This document shows, piece after piece, positions 7,628 through 16,327 of a DNA stretch of 35,659 nt (within the stretch, counting starts at the first letter, position 1; each line of letters opens with the position of its first letter). Where the stretch lies: IMG/VR virus record IMGVR_UViG_3300037419_001040, positions 1-35,659 of that record; one strand, given 5' to 3'. This DNA is from a virus. Taxonomy: Duplodnaviria; Caudoviricetes. Both the position numbers and the translations under genes were made by a program. Under the pieces are notes generated by a model, which did not search any database, was not told the origin of the DNA, and worked only from the letters and a program-made list of their open reading frames with translations.

Positions 7628-9341
7628 GGACTATGCCGCGATCGCGCTCGATTATGCGCGTAAGGCCGCGGCGGACAGCAAGGGAAAGCGGCATTGCAAG
7701 TGGGTTCGGCTGGCAGCGGAGCGTCACCTTCGCGACCTTAAGCGCAAGGACTGGCCGTTCACGTTCGACGAGTGGCACGCGAACGACGTCTGCGACTTCA
7801 TCGAGAAGCTGCCTCACATCGAAGGGCAGTGGGAGACGCCGAACCTTCAGCTTGAGCCGGCGCAGATCTTCATTTTGGCGATCGTGTTCGGGTGGCGGCG
7901 CAAGGACAATGGCCTTCGCCGCTTCACGATGGCCTACATCGAAATGGCGAGGAAAGGCGCCAAGTCGACGCTCACCGCCGGGGTGTCGCTCTATTGCACT
8001 TGCTGCGAGGACGAGCCAGGCCCGCTCACGCTGATCGGCGCGACGACCGGCGATCAGGCACAGAAGGTTTTCAAGCCTGCGCGGCTGATGGTGAAGAAGC
8101 TTCCGGCGCTCCAGGAGGCTTTTGGGCTGGATGCTTGGGCGAGGTCGATCACTGCCGCTGAGAACGGCGGCGTCATTCAGACGATCAACGCCAAGTCGTC
8201 GACGCAGGACGGTCACAATCCGCATCTGGCGGTGCTCGACGAGCTCCATGCTCACGGCGATCGCGGACTGTTCGACGTCATTCGCTCCGCCTTCGGAGCG
8301 CGGCGAAACCCGCTGCTGTGGATGATTACGACGGCCGGCTTCAACATGCACGGCGTCTGTTATGAGCAGCGGTCGTTTGTGGCGAAGGTGCTCGAGCAAG
8401 CGATATCGGCCGAGCATTACTTCGGGATTATCTTCACGCTCGACGAAGGCGACGATCCGTTTGACGAGCGCGTGTGGTGCAAGGCGAACCCGCTCCTGCC
8501 GGTCACGCCGACGCTCGACGAGATGCGGGCCTATGCGATCGAGGCGAAGGCGTCACCAGGCTCCGAAGGGGAGTTCAAGACCAAGCGCTTGAATATCTGG
8601 ATGGGCGCCGCGGCGGCGTGGCTGAATGTCGCGAGCTGGAATCAATGCGGCGGTCGCGTGCCGCTGTCGGCGTTCAGAGGGCTCGACTGTTACCTTGGGG
8701 CCGATCTGGCGGACAAGGATGACATCACTGCGCTGGTGCTGGCAGCGTTCGATGATACCGGCCGGCTGCTGCTCAAGACGTGGTTCTGGCTACCGGAGGC
8801 GGCGCTTGAGCGCGCATCTCAGACCGAGCGCGAGAATGTGACGCTCTATCGCCAGTGGCGAGCCGACGGGAAGCTGATCGTCACGCCTGGCGACTGGATC
8901 GACCACAACCGCGTCGAGCGGAAGATCCGCAGACTGAAGGCTGCGCTGCCAGGGCTGAAGAAGGCGACGTTCGACCAGTTCGCAGCAGCGCAGGGGATGG
9001 CAGTTCGCCTGAATGAAGACCTGAGCGACGGCGACGAGCCGTTCGCGCAGGTTCTTCCCAAGAACGCTCGGAACGTGACCGATCCTGCGAAGGAACTTGA
9101 GGCTCGGCACAAGGTCGGTCGCGCTTCACTGCTTCACGACGACAATCCTGTGATGCGGTGGATGGCCGGTAACGTGGTCGTGACGAGGCATGTCAACGGC
9201 TCCATCCTGCCGAAAAAGCCCGACACGGACAGCAAGGCGAAGATCGACGGAATCGACGCCGCGGTGAATGCCATTCACCCGATGATGGAGGCCAACATGG
9301 GACCGAACATCGACGAGTGGCTGGCAAGCCTGGCCGCATGA
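7584..9341 (+). CDS. terL: Terminase large subunit
   Basis: Walker A ARKGAKS, Walker B AVLDELH, ITTAG motif, nuclease motifs GADLA and KIDGIDA. Confidence 0.96.
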   Translation: MSSQPTPSPETDGVRDYAAIALDYARKAAADSKGKRHCKWVRLAAERHLRDLKRKDWPFTFDEWHANDVCDFIEKLPHIEGQWETPNLQLEPAQIFILAIVFGWRRKDNGLRRFTMAYIEMARKGAKSTLTAGVSLYCTCCEDEPGPLTLIGATTGDQAQKVFKPARLMVKKLPALQEAFGLDAWARSITAAENGGVIQTINAKSSTQDGHNPHLAVLDELHAHGDRGLFDVIRSAFGARRNPLLWMITTAGFNMHGVCYEQRSFVAKVLEQAISAEHYFGIIFTLDEGDDPFDERVWCKANPLLPVTPTLDEMRAYAIEAKASPGSEGEFKTKRLNIWMGAAAAWLNVASWNQCGGRVPLSAFRGLDCYLGADLADKDDITALVLAAFDDTGRLLLKTWFWLPEAALERASQTERENVTLYRQWRADGKLIVTPGDWIDHNRVERKIRRLKAALPGLKKATFDQFAAAQGMAVRLNEDLSDGDEPFAQVLPKNARNVTDPAKELEARHKVGRASLLHDDNPVMRWMAGNVVVTRHVNGSILPKKPDTDSKAKIDGIDAAVNAIHPMMEANMGPNIDEWLASLAA

Positions 9342-10651
9342 AATGGTGGAAAGGGGCGCTCGGCCTCGAATTTGACGAGGCGAGCGCTGCCCCTGCGGAG
9401 CATAAGAACGTCATCGAGCTGACGGGCGAACTTGCATCATGGGCGGGCGTGTCGCGCCAGGACGGGATCAACTTCCGCACCAACATGGTCACGCTGTCCG
9501 AATATCAGGACAGCGGCTCGACCGGGACTGCTGGAGTGCTGGCGCTTTCAGCGGCGTGGGCCTGTGTGAACCTGCTCGCGGGAACGATCGCGTCGTTGCC
9601 GCTGATGGTGTATCGCACGGCGCAGGACGGAAGCCGCGAAGTTGCCTACGATCACCCGCTGTACAGGGTGCTCCACGACAGCCCGAACGCCGATCAGACG
9701 GCGATGGACTTTTGGGAGTTCATCTGCGCCTGCCTGGAGCTCCAGGGGAACGCCTTTTCTGAGGTCGTGAGGGGTTCCGACGGGCGCGTGATCGCGCTCT
9801 CGCCTCCTCTCGTTCCGGAGATCGTCTCCGTTCGCAGGGCGAGCAACGGCGATATCGAGTACCAATGGACCGAAGGACAACGGCGTCGCACCGAGACGCA
9901 GGCGACGATCCTTCACTTCCGCGGCTTCGGCGGTTCGCCGCTGGGCGGATTGTCGACGCTTTCGTTCGGCCGGCAGGCGTTCGGGCTCGCAAGGTCGATC
10001 AACGCCGCAGCGCAGTCGACGTTCAGGAATGGGGTGAAACCGAGCGGCGTCATGTCGCTCGATAAGCCGCTGACCAAACCGCAACGCACAGAAGCGGAGC
10101 AGCTGCTTCAGGAGAAATATGTCGGGTCGATGAACTCCGGCGTCCCGATGCTGCTCGACAACGGCCTGAAGTGGCAGTCGATCACGATCAACCCCGACGA
10201 CGCGCAGATGCTCGAAAGCCGCGGCTTTAGTGTTGAGGAGATTTGCCGGTTCTTCGGAGTGCCTCCCCACATGGTCGGACACACGGATAATTCGACGAGT
10301 TGGGGAACGGGCCTGGAGCAGCAGACGCTAGGATTCCAGAAGTTCACGCTCCGGCGCCGCTTGAAGAGGATCGAACAGGCGCTTGCGAAGCAGCTCCTGA
10401 CGGCCCGTGACCGGGCGGAGGGCATCGCGATCGAGTTCAACCTTGAGGGCCTTCTTCGCGGCGACAGCAAGGCCCGCTCCGACTTTTATGGGGCGATGAC
10501 GCGGATCGGGGCGATGACGATCAACGAGGTACGGGCGCTGGAGAATTTGCCGCCCGTCGAAGGCGGCGACGTGCCGCGGCTGCAAATGCAGAACGTACCC
10601 ATCACCGACGCGGGGAACGGCCTCGCTGGAGATCAGAGCAATGCTGCATAA
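9338..10651 (+). CDS. HK97-family portal protein
   Basis: AWACVNLLAGTIASLPL, DAQMLESR...EEICRFFGVPPHMVG, EGLLRGD, MTINEVRALENLPP. Confidence 0.96.
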   Translation: MKWWKGALGLEFDEASAAPAEHKNVIELTGELASWAGVSRQDGINFRTNMVTLSEYQDSGSTGTAGVLALSAAWACVNLLAGTIASLPLMVYRTAQDGSREVAYDHPLYRVLHDSPNADQTAMDFWEFICACLELQGNAFSEVVRGSDGRVIALSPPLVPEIVSVRRASNGDIEYQWTEGQRRRTETQATILHFRGFGGSPLGGLSTLSFGRQAFGLARSINAAAQSTFRNGVKPSGVMSLDKPLTKPQRTEAEQLLQEKYVGSMNSGVPMLLDNGLKWQSITINPDDAQMLESRGFSVEEICRFFGVPPHMVGHTDNSTSWGTGLEQQTLGFQKFTLRRRLKRIEQALAKQLLTARDRAEGIAIEFNLEGLLRGDSKARSDFYGAMTRIGAMTINEVRALENLPPVEGGDVPRLQMQNVPITDAGNGLAGDQSNAA

Positions 10652-11285
10652 ATCGTTCGGCCTCGATGTGAAGGCCGTCTCCGATGCAGGCGTGATCGAG
10701 GGCTACGCCAGCGTTTTCGGCGGCGCTCCGGATGCTTATGGCGACATCATCGCGCCAGGTGCATTCTCGGACACGCTGGCGGCGCACAAGCGGAACGGGA
10801 CGATGCCCCTGATGCTGTGGGGCCACGATGCGTCACAGCCGCCGATCGGAAACTGGGAAGACATGGCGCAGGACGGCAAGGGCCTGTGGGTCCAGGGCAC
10901 CGTCGACCTCGAGGACACGATGGGCCAGCGCGTACACCGCGCGCTCAAGCGCAAGGCCATGAAGGGCCTGTCGATCGGTTACGAGACGATCGAGAGCGAA
11001 AACGACCCGAAGCGACCCGGCGTCCGCATCCTGAAATCGGTCGACCTGTGGGAAGTTTCACCGGTGAACTTCCCGGCTCAGGTGCGAGCGGCGGTGGATA
11101 CCGTGAAAAGCTACACGAGCGGCGGCAATCTTCCGTCGCTTCCCGAATTTGAGGAGTTCCTGCGCGAGGCAGGCTTCTCGAAGAGCCAGGCCACCGCGAT
11201 TGCGGGGAAGGGCTTGGCGCACCTGCTCCGGAGTGAGTCCGGCGGGGACCAGAACGCCGCTTTTTGGGCGGCTCTCCGGGCCTAG
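10641..11285 (+). CDS. HK97-family prohead protease
   Basis: IEGYASVF, DIIAPGAF, MLWGHD, GLSIGY, LWEVSPVNFPA. Confidence 0.95.
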   Translation: MLHKSFGLDVKAVSDAGVIEGYASVFGGAPDAYGDIIAPGAFSDTLAAHKRNGTMPLMLWGHDASQPPIGNWEDMAQDGKGLWVQGTVDLEDTMGQRVHRALKRKAMKGLSIGYETIESENDPKRPGVRILKSVDLWEVSPVNFPAQVRAAVDTVKSYTSGGNLPSLPEFEEFLREAGFSKSQATAIAGKGLAHLLRSESGGDQNAAFWAALRA

Positions 11286-11313
11286 CGCCCACTCCAGAAC
11301 AAGGAATATCGAA

Positions 11314-12540
11314 ATGGCTGAAGAGAAAACCGCGGCCGAGCTGGCCGCCGAGGTGAAGGCTGACTTCGATAAGCGCATCGATGAAGTGAAGAGCTTCGCC
11401 GATGAGCTTAAGGGCCGGACCGAGAAGGGCGAAGACCTTTCGAAGAGCGCCAAGGAGCTCGCCGACCAGGCGATCATCGACATGAACGAAGCGAAGGCTC
11501 GTCTCGACGAGCTCGAGCAGAAGATGGCTCGCCAGCGCGAGGTCGAGGCCGAGTTCAAATCGATCGGCGAGGTCGTCACCGATGACGAGAACGTGAAGGC
11601 GTTTCTCGCCAACGGTGGCAAGGGACGGATCAGTGTCGGCGTCGAGCAGAAGGCGATCATCTCGTCTCTGACGACTGCCGCGAACGGTTCGGCTGGTGAC
11701 CTGATCGTTCCGGACCGCATCCCCGGCGTGCAGGGGGTTGCCAACCGGCCGCTCCGCGTCCGCGACCTGCTTATGCCGGGCCGCACGGACAAGAACTCGA
11801 TCCAGTTCATTCAGGAAACGTCGTACACGAACAACGCGGCGACGGTCTCGGAAACGTCTGGAGCGACCAAGGCTCAGTCGGACATGTACTTCGACATCGT
11901 GACCAGCAACGTCACGACGATCGCTCACTGGGTCCAGGCCACGCGCCAGATCCTGGACGACGTGCCGATGTTGCAGTCCTATATCAACGGCCGTCTGATC
12001 TATGGCCTGAAGTACGTCGAGGATAACCAGCTGCTCAACGGCGCCGGCACCGGCACCGACCTGAACGGCATCTACACGCAAGCGACGGCTTCGACGGGCA
12101 ATCTGGCGATCATCGCCAACCCGACGAAGATCGACGTGCTTCGCGCGGCGATCCTTCAGGCCACGCTGGCGAACCTTCCGTCGAGCGGCATCGTGCTTCA
12201 CCCGACCGATTGGTTCACGATCGAGACGGCGAAGGACAGCCAGGCGCGTTATCTCGTCGGCGATCCGCAGAATCGGCTTCAACCGCGCCTGTGGGGCCTG
12301 CCGGTCGTGGAAACGCTGGCGATGACGAGCGGGAAGTTCCTGACTGGTGCGTTCGACATGGGCGCGCAGATTTTCGATCGGCAGGACGCAGCCGTCGAAA
12401 TCTCGACCGAGGACGGAAACAACTTCGTCAAGAACCTCGTGACGATCCTCTGCGAAGAGCGTCTCGCGCTCGCGGTCTACAACACGGCCGCGTTCGTGAA
12501 GGGCGACTTCGCTGCGCAGATCGACGACCTTACCAGCTAA
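11314..12540 (+). CDS. Major capsid protein (HK97 fold, N-terminal delta domain)
   Basis: RBS AAGGA; coiled-coil N-terminus; TIAHWVQATRQILDD, RLWGLPVV, FVKNLVTILCEERLALAV. Confidence 0.96.
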   Translation: MAEEKTAAELAAEVKADFDKRIDEVKSFADELKGRTEKGEDLSKSAKELADQAIIDMNEAKARLDELEQKMARQREVEAEFKSIGEVVTDDENVKAFLANGGKGRISVGVEQKAIISSLTTAANGSAGDLIVPDRIPGVQGVANRPLRVRDLLMPGRTDKNSIQFIQETSYTNNAATVSETSGATKAQSDMYFDIVTSNVTTIAHWVQATRQILDDVPMLQSYINGRLIYGLKYVEDNQLLNGAGTGTDLNGIYTQATASTGNLAIIANPTKIDVLRAAILQATLANLPSSGIVLHPTDWFTIETAKDSQARYLVGDPQNRLQPRLWGLPVVETLAMTSGKFLTGAFDMGAQIFDRQDAAVEISTEDGNNFVKNLVTILCEERLALAVYNTAAFVKGDFAAQIDDLTS

Positions 12541-12558
12541 TCTCCCGGGCTGGTGACC

Positions 12559-12591
12559 GAGGGGCGGGCCCTGCGCTCGCCCCTCCTTTTT
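12559..12591 (+). terminator. Rho-independent terminator after the major capsid gene
   Basis: GAGGGGCGGGC-cctgc-GCTCGCCCCTC stem followed by CTTTTT. Confidence 0.8.
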
Positions 12592-12630
12592 CAAGCGCCG
12601 TTCACGACGTTTCAAAAAGGAGACTGGGTG

Positions 12631-12969
12631 ATGACCGACAAGGTGACCATGAAGGCACTCGACACGTTCCACGCGAGCAACGTGCGTGCGGACAATCTGC
12701 AGGAGGGCGACGTCTTCCTCGTGAGCGAGACGGACGCGAAGGCGCTCGAGCAGCGCGGTCTTGCGGTGCGTGGCGGCAAGGCATCGGATGCCGTGAACCC
12801 GGAAGCTGATAGCGCAGCTCGCGCCGACACCCGCGAAGAACTCGACGCCGAGCGCGGCTTTGAGGAGGGCAAGGCCATCGGTGCTGCCCCGACGAACAAG
12901 ATGGCAAATCCGCCGGCCAACAAGGCCGCGCCGAAGTCGGCCGCAGCCAAGGGCAAGAAGGCCAAGTAA
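12631..12969 (+). CDS. Small head-associated protein with Ala/Lys-rich tail
   Basis: RBS AAGGAG; lies after the capsid gene; low-complexity basic C-terminus. Confidence 0.7.
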   Translation: MTDKVTMKALDTFHASNVRADNLQEGDVFLVSETDAKALEQRGLAVRGGKASDAVNPEADSAARADTREELDAERGFEEGKAIGAAPTNKMANPPANKAAPKSAAAKGKKAK

Positions 12970-13512
12970 TTGCTCACCGCGCTCGCCGCCTTCACCGGGG
13001 AGGATATTCTGCCTCTCGCCGATGCGAAGGTTCACCTGAACATCACGGCGGACGATACGTCCGACGATGACGTGATCGAGGCACTGCGGGACGCGGCGAT
13101 CTCATGGGCTGAGGGCTATGCGGCGCAATCGTTGCAAAGTCGGCGGTTCAAGTGGACGCAGGACCGTTTCTGCTCGCTGATCTCGCTCCCCATCGGGCCG
13201 GTGAGCGCAGTCAACTCCGTCGAATATTACAATACCGACGGCACCGACACGGCGGTTGATGCGGCAATCTACGTCCTATCCGACGACAAGATCGTGACGG
13301 CGCAGAACGAAACCTGGCCGTCGGACCTCGCGCTCGACTGGCCCGGCGGCGTAAGGATCACGTTCACGGCCGGCTTTGCCAACACGGCAGCAATCCCGTT
13401 CTACCTTCTCGCCGCAGTGAAGCTCGCAATGACGGCGATGTTCGAGAACCGCAGCAACCCCGACCTGACCGGAGCCATGCGTGCCGCCGATCAGTTTCGC
13501 TCGATTCTGTGA
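12970..13512 (+). CDS. Head-tail connector/adaptor (gp6-like)
   Basis: LPLADAKVHLNI...DDDVIEALRDAAISWAE...LPIGPVSAVNSVEY...VRITFTAGF. Confidence 0.88.
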   Translation: MLTALAAFTGEDILPLADAKVHLNITADDTSDDDVIEALRDAAISWAEGYAAQSLQSRRFKWTQDRFCSLISLPIGPVSAVNSVEYYNTDGTDTAVDAAIYVLSDDKIVTAQNETWPSDLALDWPGGVRITFTAGFANTAAIPFYLLAAVKLAMTAMFENRSNPDLTGAMRAADQFRSIL

Positions 13513-13521
13513 GGCGAGCCT

Positions 13522-13791
13522 ATGCAAGAGCTAGTCGCCCTGAAGGATTTCAAGTTCGGCGGGATAATGATCCGCCGCGACATGGTGATCCACATGAACG
13601 CTGAGAATGCGCGCTTCTACACCGCCGTCGGTGCTGTTGGGCCGCGCGATGCCGATGGTTCGGGCAAGTTGCTTCCAAGGAAGGTTGCGACGGCGCCAGT
13701 CGCCCCTGTTGCGCCGCCGCCAGCTGCACCTACAGCAACCGCGCCGAAGCGCAAGGCCACGAAGAAGCGGGCGACGAAGAAGGCGAAATGA
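13522..13791 (+). CDS. Small protein with Ala/Pro/Thr linker and Lys-rich tail
   Basis: RBS GAGG; TAPVAPVAPPPAAPTATAPKRKATKKRATKKAK; ATGA-coupled to the next gene. Confidence 0.7.
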   Translation: MQELVALKDFKFGGIMIRRDMVIHMNAENARFYTAVGAVGPRDADGSGKLLPRKVATAPVAPVAPPPAAPTATAPKRKATKKRATKKAK

Positions 13792-14366
13792 CCGCCTCGC
13801 TCGCCTTCCGGAAGCACGAACAGGAAATCCGCGAAGGCAACGCGCCGGAGAAGTTCCTGCGCCTGCTGCCGCTCATTCCAGGCACACGCATCCTCGAGAT
13901 CGGCTCGGCCGAGGGCGCGCTCGCGCTTCTGCTGGCAAAGCAGGGCCGCCGAGTGACCGCGCTGGAAAAGAGCGCAGAGCGGCACGAGACGGCGTTGAAC
14001 GTCTACGGGCAATGGCTGGCGCGGGAAGGGCATTTCATCGCGCCGATCTTCGTGAACGGCGATATCGGCGACAACCTGCACCTGCTCCACAACCAGGACA
14101 CTTTGGTCGCGGTGCGGATGATCTATTACCTCGGCGATCGGCTGGACCGCGTGTTCGCCGACGTGTCGCGGTTTATTCCGAACGTCGTGCTCTGCGGGAA
14201 CAAGAACCGGGCCGCGCGCTGGCGGGCAGGAACGCCGGACGAACCGCTTGGCGATATGAACCGCTACGCTGCGCGCGAGGGCATGGTCGAGCTGCTGGAG
14301 CGGCACGGCTACCGGATTGCGCAGACGGTTACTGAGGGCGACGAGATTGTGGTGGGTGAGCGCTAG
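13788..14366 (+). CDS. Class I SAM-dependent methyltransferase
   Basis: ILEIGSAEG motif I, VTALE, FVNGD; no DPPY or PC DNA-MTase motif. Confidence 0.82.
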   Translation: MTASLAFRKHEQEIREGNAPEKFLRLLPLIPGTRILEIGSAEGALALLLAKQGRRVTALEKSAERHETALNVYGQWLAREGHFIAPIFVNGDIGDNLHLLHNQDTLVAVRMIYYLGDRLDRVFADVSRFIPNVVLCGNKNRAARWRAGTPDEPLGDMNRYAAREGMVELLERHGYRIAQTVTEGDEIVVGER

Positions 14367-14635
14367 CGTCGGAGTGCGTCTTTCATCCGGACGCTTAGCT
14401 TTTCCGTCGCGAGATCATATTCGAGCTGGAGCAGCAGCCACCTTCTTGCACTACCGCATCCGTTCGATTCTAGAGCAAAGGCGACACGAGTTGAAAGGGA
14501 CGCCTTGCCATTCAGAAGGCGGCTCAAATTTACCCGATTTATGCCGAGCATTTTTGCCAGCTCAATAGTCGTGCCAGCTTTCGGCAGAACCTTTTTGCGG
14601 ATGATCGCGCCAGGATGCTCAATGCCGTTCGACAT
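14363..14635 (-). CDS. higA: HigA-family antitoxin (XRE HTH)
   Basis: EHPGAIIRK...ELAKMLGINRVNLSRLLNGKASLSTRVAFALE...SARRWLLLQLEYDL. Confidence 0.85.
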   Translation of the reverse strand: MSNGIEHPGAIIRKKVLPKAGTTIELAKMLGINRVNLSRLLNGKASLSTRVAFALESNGCGSARRWLLLQLEYDLATEKLSVRMKDALRR

Positions 14636-14870
14636 CAAGAAGCTTCCCGTCGGGCAAAACCACGGTCTTCGAGCGATCACCGATTCTGATCACCGGACAT
14701 TCCCAAAGCTGATCACTGGGAAGCATGTAATTTGATGGATGGGACCACGCGCTGCGGTTTATGACGAAAGCTGGAGGCGGGCGGCGAATATGGAGCCTAT
14801 GCATCGGGACTTCGCGCGGGTCTAACCCTCGCGATCCCAGCTCGGAAAGCTGCTCTGATGTGTAGCTCAT
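14619..14870 (-). CDS. Hypothetical protein upstream of and overlapping higA (toxin position)
   Basis: 83 aa ORF whose 3' end overlaps the higA start by 17 nt. No HigB/RelE motif recognised; start uncertain. Confidence 0.4.
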   Translation of the reverse strand: MSYTSEQLSELGSRGLDPREVPMHRLHIRRPPPAFVINRSAWSHPSNYMLPSDQLWECPVIRIGDRSKTVVLPDGKLLDVERH

Positions 14871-14915
14871 GGCGATACAAATTAGAGACTATGACGCGAG
14901 AACGCAAGGGCGAAG

Positions 14916-15404
14916 ATGCCTGAATGGGTCGACCCGGCCCGCATCCGCTTCAAGATCAGCCCGCACGACGACCTGAGAGGCACCTACGGCGGCGATTGGG
15001 ACATTGAACGCCGCTACCCTCTGAAGGACGCGGTGAAGCACAGGGCGATCGTCCAGCGCTACCGAGAGGGCAAGCGTTGGGAAGAGACGGAACTGTTCGC
15101 CGATACATACCGACGGCGTTTTGATAGCGGCGAAACAGTCCGGGGCGAGCTGACGATGGAAGCGTTGCTCGCCCAATATTACAGCCGCGTCGACGGCATG
15201 TTCGAAGACCTGAAGCGCAGAGGCTTCCGCGAGGATTGCCCGCTGCCGAAGCTGCTCATCGGCCGCGACGGCGAGGTCTTCATCGGCAACCAGGGCAACC
15301 ATCGGCTCGCAATAGCGCAAGTCATCGGGCTTGATCGGATCGCAGGGGAAGTGATTTGCAGGCACAAGTTGCTGAGCGCCGGGACTGCTACGATCCGCGC
15401 GTAG
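14916..15404 (+). CDS. ParB/Srx-like domain protein
   Basis: GGDWD...WEET...DGMFEDLKRRGF...IGRDGEVFIGNQGNHRLAIAQVIG, containing the G-x-H-R motif; no HTH. Confidence 0.7.
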   Translation: MPEWVDPARIRFKISPHDDLRGTYGGDWDIERRYPLKDAVKHRAIVQRYREGKRWEETELFADTYRRRFDSGETVRGELTMEALLAQYYSRVDGMFEDLKRRGFREDCPLPKLLIGRDGEVFIGNQGNHRLAIAQVIGLDRIAGEVICRHKLLSAGTATIRA

Positions 15405-16327
15405 AGAACATCACTCGCGTCCCGCCGATCCCCGCGATGACGACCGACGCCGAGCGCGAGTGCTACTATCGGCTCGCGAAAGAGGCCGTTCCGAGGGGAG
15501 CTATCGTCGAGCTCGGGGCGTGGATGGGCGCGAGCACGGCGTACATCGCGGCCGGCATCCGAGACAGCGGCGTCACGACGAAGGCGCATGTTTACGACCA
15601 ATTCATCTCAAAGGTCGGTCACATCGCGAAGGTGCAAGCCTTCTACGACAAGCAGGGCATCGACGCCGTTCCGGTCGGCCCGAGTCTGGAAGCATTCAAA
15701 GACAACCTCGGCCCATTGATCGAGTTCGTCGAGCCGCATCAGGGCAAGATCGAACAGATGGAGTGGGGCAAGGAACCAATCGCCCTGCTGGTCACGGATG
15801 CGCCTAAGCGGGTTCCTGCAATTTCATCGGTTCTGACCAAGCTCCGCGATGCGCTTCAGCCCGGCGCGATCATGGCGTGGCAGGACTTTTGCCACTTCCC
15901 GAGCTACGAGATTCCGGCCTGCCTCTATCGGCTCCGTGACCATCTCGAATTTGTCGAGGCGGTGGTGCCGGGAACGACGCTCGTGTTCCGGGTGAAGTCG
16001 CAGTGGAACCTTGCCGAAGTGACGCCGACGGCGTTGGCGCTGGATCGGTGGACGCCGGAAGAGATTGCAGCGGCTTGGCATTACTGGCTCTGGAACGGTC
16101 AGGTTCCTGTCGAAAAGGCTCAGCTTTTCCGTTGCGGCGCGGCCATGTTCCTATGTGACATCGGGCACACAGAAGCCGCAGTTTCGTGGCTTGACGTAAC
16201 TTATCGAGCGAGCGCGGATGCGATCCTACCAAAGTGGCGCTATCTTCAGGCGAACCGTCCCGACTTCATAACACGCTACGCACCGCTGTTCGACTATCTG
16301 AGGTCGCAAGGCGCGCTTTCGTGCTGA
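15356..16327 (+). CDS. Class I SAM-dependent methyltransferase (Methyltransf_24-like)
   Basis: IVELGAWMGAST, HVYD, IALLVTDA, LQPGAIMAWQDF; TTG start with GGGGAAG RBS. Confidence 0.82.
   Translation: MQAQVAERRDCYDPRVENITRVPPIPAMTTDAERECYYRLAKEAVPRGAIVELGAWMGASTAYIAAGIRDSGVTTKAHVYDQFISKVGHIAKVQAFYDKQGIDAVPVGPSLEAFKDNLGPLIEFVEPHQGKIEQMEWGKEPIALLVTDAPKRVPAISSVLTKLRDALQPGAIMAWQDFCHFPSYEIPACLYRLRDHLEFVEAVVPGTTLVFRVKSQWNLAEVTPTALALDRWTPEEIAAAWHYWLWNGQVPVEKAQLFRCGAAMFLCDIGHTEAAVSWLDVTYRASADAILPKWRYLQANRPDFITRYAPLFDYLRSQGALSC

Noticed and set aside
10945-13035. 696-aa antisense ORF
   Set aside because: Shadow frame of the protease and capsid genes in high-GC DNA, with no recognisable motifs.
14619-14870. 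Canonical HigB toxin
   Set aside because: The position fits, but I see none of the HigB/RelE sequence features, so it is kept as hypothetical.
13788-16327. Restriction-modification or DNA-hypermodification role for the two late MTases
   Set aside because: They lack DPPY/NPPY/PC motifs and lie in the structural operon, away from replication genes. Disfavoured but not formally excluded.
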